Below are positions 58,601-64,000 of a stretch of 64,000 nt of DNA, piece by piece. The DNA is from Ginglymostoma cirratum. Its lineage: Eukaryota. The position numbers and the translations under genes were made by a program. The notes under the pieces are model-generated. The model made no database searches. It was not told the DNA's origin and saw only the letters and a list, made by a program, of their open reading frames with translations. Positions within the stretch are counted from its first letter, which is position 1. Every line of letters begins with the position of its first letter. The stretch is from NCBI GenBank assembly GCA_024137785.1, contig JAHRHZ010000002.1, positions 23,221,408 to 23,285,407 of the forward strand. The letters are read 5' to 3'.

Positions 58601-61600
58601 CGTGTCTCTGTAGGTTTCCTCTGGCTGCCCTGATTTCTTCCCACAGTCCAAAGATGAGCAGGCTAGGAAATTCAGGGTTTTAGGTGGGTCTGGATGAGAT
58701 ATTCTTAGGAAGGTCGGTGTGGACTTGATGGGCCAAGTACCCTGGTTCCCCGCTACAGGGATTCTGTGATATTTTCGAGAAATGATGAACTGGGTTTTAT
58801 CAAGTGATTCATCAAGCAGGAGAAAGAGGTCAGAGAAAGAAACTCCTCTATGCTGGGAACACAGTTGTGGTGAAGTTAGTTGTAGGAGTGGTGTCTGCTG
58901 AAGAGATGCTTCAGTAATTATTTGACCAACTGAACCTGTGGAAAAAGCCGAGTTCATCCTGAAGTAGAGAAATTTGTTTATTAATTTCAAATTCAGAACA
59001 ATTTGGAAATAATGAATGAATCAAAACAATATTAGATTACACCTGTTTCTCTGTATAGTCACTTGCAACCTATCAGGAAAGTGCCTCATTGATTTATCAC
59101 TGAGCTCGTCTTACTGTTGTCTATTAGTCCACCTTTGGAAAGATTGGAGTAACATGCATTATGCAGACACCGTTTCAATCATAAATGATCTAATTGCCAT
59201 GACTTTGGTTTATGCTGTTGCAAACTGTGAAAAGCAGAAGGATGTGATAAAAGAAAGAGATCTGGGGCTATTTTTAGGAGTGACTAGCTTTGCTGTACCC
59301 AAAAATTGCAGGTCCAAAACCTGTAATAAGATTGTCTTCAGAGAAGTTTAAGGTTCTGTGCTCCAGTTGTTGGCTTCATTGTCACCAGTGTAGAGGGGAT
59401 ATACAAAGAGACACCTGAGAATTGTAACCTGGATTATTGTGAGACTCAGAGATTCAGAAGTAAATCAGTGGAAACAGGGGTTAGAATAACTTGTTCTCCA
59501 CATGAATGGACGCATGTGATAACTGGCAACAGAGGCAAATAATTCTGTTTTTTTTTTAACACCTTGTGAGAGAACTGGATAAAAAGCTAGCTTGACGGAT
59601 AGATATGGATAACAATTACAAAACTGTGTATGGAATGTGTTTTGAATAGTACAGGTAGACATTTAGGCAAGATTCTAGATTTCTATTGTTCATATAAAGG
59701 GATAAGATTATGTTTGAAGAAACATTACTTGCAGAACGTAAAATCAGTGCAACTTGAAATGTCAAGCACTGATAATTCCAGTTTCCATAGTGTGAGAGAA
59801 AAAAGTGAATATGATAAAACTTGCATTTATGCAGCGTTGTTAATATACCATTGAGGAATAAATATGCGTAAGGACGAAGGAGGTACTTAATCTTTAAAAT
59901 TTGTTTGGAAAAGCAGGCAGGACACAGTTTAGCGGTTTTTCCAGAATATTGCACCTTGACCAGCCTTGATTATTTGTTCTAGACTATGCAGTGGAACTTC
60001 CAACACACAACCTCTGGTAGAGAGGTGAGAGTTTGACCAACTATGCCATGGCCGACATGACTATGTAAGGGAATGATTCCTGGTTATAGGAGAAGAGATT
60101 AACTGTTTATAAAGACTGAACGAGAGGGAAGGAACCAAGGACCCAATAAGGAGTAAATAGTAGAGAATTGGGCTGGACACATTGTGAAAATGCAGAGGAA
60201 GCTGTGGGATCTGGAAAGGGATTTAAGACTGAAAAATCCTTCAGATGTGGTTGATAAAAGGCCTTGGTTATTGGAAAGCAATGAAAACGATTCTAAATTT
60301 ACTGCAAGTAGGATTCAGGGATGATGTATGTCAGTGAGGGTGAGTGATTAATTGACAAGTGTGTCTTAGTGCAGGATGGGACATATTTGACACAGATTTG
60401 GGTTATTTAGAGTGTACGTAGAATTGTGGAGGTCAGTAGGGAGAATATCAAGTTTTAAAGATGAGAAAAATGACAGTAAGGATTTCATATATGAAAGAGA
60501 AGTAGTCGTGACAGGTGTGATCCTGTTTTGGAGGTTGAAGTAACTGCTTCGATTTAATTAAAATGTTCCAAACAAGACTCCCACAGCTGTCAAATAAAGT
60601 TACATCATGTCATTAATTGGGACATAAACTTTAAAAAGAATCCATATCCTTCAGCTTTATTCTCATTTTCTTCAAACTTCAGTTTTAAAAAAAAAAACTG
60701 GGAATGCTGTGAAACAAGGACCACAGCATTATTCACTGACACACATCTTTTAATAGAGGATCTCGGTTTGCCATATTAATTGTCTGCCATTAAGTTGCAC
60801 TGTCACAGTAAACATTAGGAAAGTAATTTTCATTGATCATATTAACTTAGAGAATTAACTTCTAATTGTAGGTATTGGACAGCAGCCTTGGATTCACTTG
60901 GAGGAAACCAGTAGCAAAGGAGTTCGTCTTGCATGTAAATCAAATGGGTGGTATCCTGAGCCAACTGTCCACTGGCTGGATGGAAATCGACGAGTTGTGA
61001 ATGCAAAGCCTGAAACAACACATCAAAAAGATTCCAATGGCCTTTTTACTGTTTTAACTCAAATTGATGTCACAAGTGACTCAGTGAACAGATTCTCCTG
61101 TCTAATGCAAAACAGCTTATTACACAAAGAAGAAGAGGCCCGTCTTCAGATACCAGGTATATGAACAACCTTTTATTGTTTAAGATAAAACGTATTGTGC
61201 AAATCGGTTTCCTCCAGTGCTGAAGTGTTTTCCAGCTGGTTAGTCAAGAACCAAGGGAGACCAGCTGAGTACAATCCTTTTCCCTTTCTCAAAACTATTT
61301 ACATGTGCTCATGGTTCAGCAGAGGTCACAGGCTAACAGTTTGCAGTAGAAAGATTGTTTAATGATTGACTGTAATCTGATTATTCAACAAGTGCAAGAA
61401 ATGAAATCTTGGATGTCATGGTTAAGTGCAGTTGCATTAGCTTCAAAGGTTCTGCCTTTTCTGTGCAATTTCATTCCCTTTGGTACTGGTCTGATGACCA
61501 GAACAAACTTAGGACCTTTCCGGGATTGCATATTTCTAATTAGATATTGATTCGATTTCTGTTTTATTTTTCAGCAACATTCTTTCCCAAGATCAATGTG

Positions 61601-63352
61601 TGGCTGATAGTTTTCTGGGTGTTTGTAGCCGTTGTAATTACTGTTATTGTCGTTGAAGTAATGTTGCACAGAAAGAAAAATAAAAGAATCAAAGGTAGGA
61701 GCATAACTTGCAATTCAATATTATACCAGTAAAAGGACTGTGTAAAATACTGTGTAAGCGACAACCTTGTAGTGTTATTGGACGTGGGTACAGATACGAG
61801 GCTAACTACATTGATTTCATGATAATTCTGTTTTCACTTATGGTCTAGTGAATGACGAATGCAGTTCTGTCTGTTTTGCTTCCCCGACGACATTATATTG
61901 CATTCCTCTTGTGTCTGACACACCTTCACATCTCATTATCATACCATATGAATGAAAAGAAGATCAATTGGATTTTTTCTATGGCTCTGATTATCATGGA
62001 ACTCATGTAGCTATTCAAAGTCATCCTATGGGATAAAAGCTGCTCTAATCAGATCATTTCTCACTCTATCATGTGACCTAATGAAAGGCCCTAAGGTGGT
62101 CACTCTTGATCCTGAATTATGCCCAGTCTAACTTGAATTACACCTGACTGGATAAGGTATCTCAAAGGTTAGAGCAACTGATGAAATATACTACAATATG
62201 GGGGAGTCCTTGTAATAACGTCCCTACCTGTGAACCAGAAGCCCCAGGTTCAGGCCTCACCTGCGGCAGAGGTGTGTCATAACATGCCTGAATAGATTGG
62301 TTAGGAAACTAAATACAACAACAGTAGTGCTTGTGATGCAGTGGTAGTGCCCTTGCCTCCTGAGCCAGGAGTCTAACTGCTCCAGAGGTATGCAATAACA
62401 TCTCTGAACAAACTGACATAGAAATTATTTATAACAATGTGGATCTTCAATAATCTGAATTGTAGAGTGGCACACTGTTCAATGCGATTGAAAAGGATGC
62501 TATTAGTTTCACAACTTAATCTTATTTCTTCTTTGAGTGAGACTTAGGAACATTTTTATCAACAAACAGTTCAATTGAAACACTCTGTAACCAATCCTAT
62601 CCCGTCCATTTCAATATTTATCTTGCATTATATATTACTGTACAGTGATCAGAAGAAATACTGGTCAGTTTATCTCCTTACCCAGATTCTAATGAATGGT
62701 GATTGACCTGAAATTTTAACTTTATTATTCCCTCCACTGATGCTGTCTGATCTGTTGAATATTTCCAACACTTTCTGATGGAGCTGTCATTTGTCCTTTA
62801 CTGATTGTAACAGTCCCAGACTTCCCACAATGCACCATTGATCTCGAGCACAGCAGGCCAGGCAGCATCAGAGGAGCAGGAAAGGTGACGTTTCAGGTTG
62901 TGACCCTTCTTCATTTCTGAAGAAAGGTCCCGTCCCGAAACATCACCTTTCCTGCTCCTCTGATGCTGCCTGGCCTGCTGTGTTCCCCACGTCTGTGTGG
63001 GTTTCTGCTGGGTGCTTCAATTTCCTCCCACAGTCCAAAGAAGTGCACAGTAGATGGATTGGCCATTGTATGGGGGTGGGTGGAATGCTTTTCGGAGGGT
63101 TGGTGCAGACTCCATGGGCCAATCAGCCTCCTTTTGGTCTGTAAGAATTCTCTGGATTCTATGGTAGAAGTTTAAAATTTAACCTAGTTGTTTATCTTTG
63201 AAACGAATTCCATATACTTTCATTAGTGCTGGGAAGTGCTTTGAATGTTGAATTTGTGCTCAGTGCCTGTAAAGGTATCTGTGGAACCCCCCTCATTAAT
63301 ACTTCACGATGTTCTTGACTTTCAGAGCTACAACTGTTTTGCATTTTGGAAG
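55599..63352 (+). CDS. Butyrophilin-like (BTN/BTNL) protein, 3' incomplete; join(55599..55659,57676..58026,60872..61156,61575..61694,63326..63352,...)
   Basis: Phase-1 exon series: signal peptide, IgV (LPC...VRWF...NASLRLKKVKASDEGTYTC), IgC (LACKSNGWYPEPTVHW...FSC), TM, 27-nt mini-exon; typical butyrophilin architecture. Confidence 0.88.
56043..56360 (+). mobile_element. HE1-type SINE
   Basis: Similar to 18852-19163. Confidence 0.85.
57068..57250 (-). mobile_element. Partial/rearranged HE1-type SINE
   Basis: AATCATAGAATCCCTACAGTGTGGAA reverse tail. Confidence 0.65.
57676..58026 (+). CDS. BTN-like IgV exon
   Basis: tccagcag acceptor; G|gtgagt donor; canonical Cys/Trp/DxGxYxC. Confidence 0.92.
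58494..58770 (+). mobile_element. HE1-type SINE (internally deleted)
   Basis: GGCAGCACAGTGGCTCAGTGGTTAGCAC head. Confidence 0.82.
60872..61156 (+). CDS. BTN-like IgC exon
   Basis: ttgtag|GT; G|gtatat; CxSxGWYPEP motif. Confidence 0.92.
61575..61694 (+). CDS. BTN-like transmembrane exon
   Basis: tttcag|CA; VWLIVFWVFVAVVITVIVV followed by RKKNKRIK; G|gtagga. Confidence 0.88.
62200..62430 (+). repeat. Two tandem tRNA-derived SINE-like units, same family as 6055-6390
   Basis: CCCTACC..TGAACCAGAAG..CCAGGTTCAGG..AGAGGTGTGTCATAACAT..CTGAA repeated. Confidence 0.55.
62846..63163. mobile_element. Palindromic Penelope-derived element (62846-62985) joined to the 3' part of an HE1 SINE
   Basis: Inverted arms CACAGCAGGCCAGGCAGCATCAGAGGAGCAGGAAAGGTGA / TCACCTTTCCTGCTCCTCTGATGCTGCCTGGCCTGCTGTG. 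Confidence 0.75.
63326..63352 (+). CDS. BTN-like 27-nt cytoplasmic mini-exon (ELQLFCILE)
   Basis: ctttcag|AG...AAG|gtaaga; phase 1-1; size typical of BTN coiled-coil mini-exons. Confidence 0.7.
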
Positions 63353-64000
63353 GTAAGATATATTTCTGAATCATTCCAGAGCTAAGATTTATGATGATTG
63401 AAATCAGAAAGCTTTGGTTTTGTAACTTAGAATTTTACCACTGTAATAATGAATGTTTTTACAAGCATGGACAGCAGTAGAACTCATGGGAGAAGCACTG
63501 CATTCTGATTGTATGCATCTTAGAAATCTAAGAGATGTTGGAAAATAATACTGGCTCAGATTACACTCTTGTGGACACAATGGCCAAGAAAATTTTGCCA
63601 GAGAAATATTGGCTCAAAATGATCAAAAAGAATTAATTAGCTGAGAGTACCGTGTCAGTTTGTAATATTGAATAAAATTTAATGCCACAAAGGTTGTGGA
63701 ACAATTAAGGCACGTTAACATGAATTTCTAAAAGGTGTGTGTCGTCTGGCAAAATTAAGACTTCCTTGAGAAAATCATGGCATGTGCACACAGTAGCACT
63801 GGAGACTAGTGCCTCAACTTGATCACCATGGCATTAAAAGTATCATGCATCAACAGAAAGTGGTTAAATGTAATCGAGACAGGATAAACTTTCCAGGGTG
63901 ACCAGATCAGGGAACATTTCTCGTGACACTGTCGAAGTCAGCGGGCACCTTGCCTTTTTATTTTAGTATCGCTGCTGGGCAGCAAGTTTTATTTTGGGCA

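Overview
Eukaryotic, intron-rich, repeat-dense genomic DNA, almost certainly from a shark or other elasmobranch (HE1-type and Deu-domain SINEs, CR1/HER1-type LINEs, Tx1-type LINE relics, Penelope-like elements). I rebuilt two + strand protein-coding genes by hand from splice signals. (1) A carnitine O-acetyltransferase (CRAT)-like gene: 13 coding exons at 13858-44843, 1866 nt, 621 aa, open frame throughout, with one GC-AG intron. Its catalytic His (CRAT H343) is Gln, its oxyanion-hole Ser (S554) is Gly and a carnitine-binding Tyr (Y452) is Cys, while CoA-binding residues are kept. This points to an intact but probably catalytically dead, mitochondrially targeted CRAT paralogue. (2) A butyrophilin-like gene (signal peptide, IgV, IgC, TM, 27-nt mini-exon) from 55599 that runs off the window end. 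The second notable system is a family of short, often palindromic, TSD-flanked non-autonomous elements derived from the Penelope 3' end, most carrying minimal hammerhead-ribozyme cores. Most ORFs in the supplied track are repeat-derived or spurious. Comparisons to CRAT use residue numbers and exon sizes recalled from mammalian CRAT, not a computed alignment.
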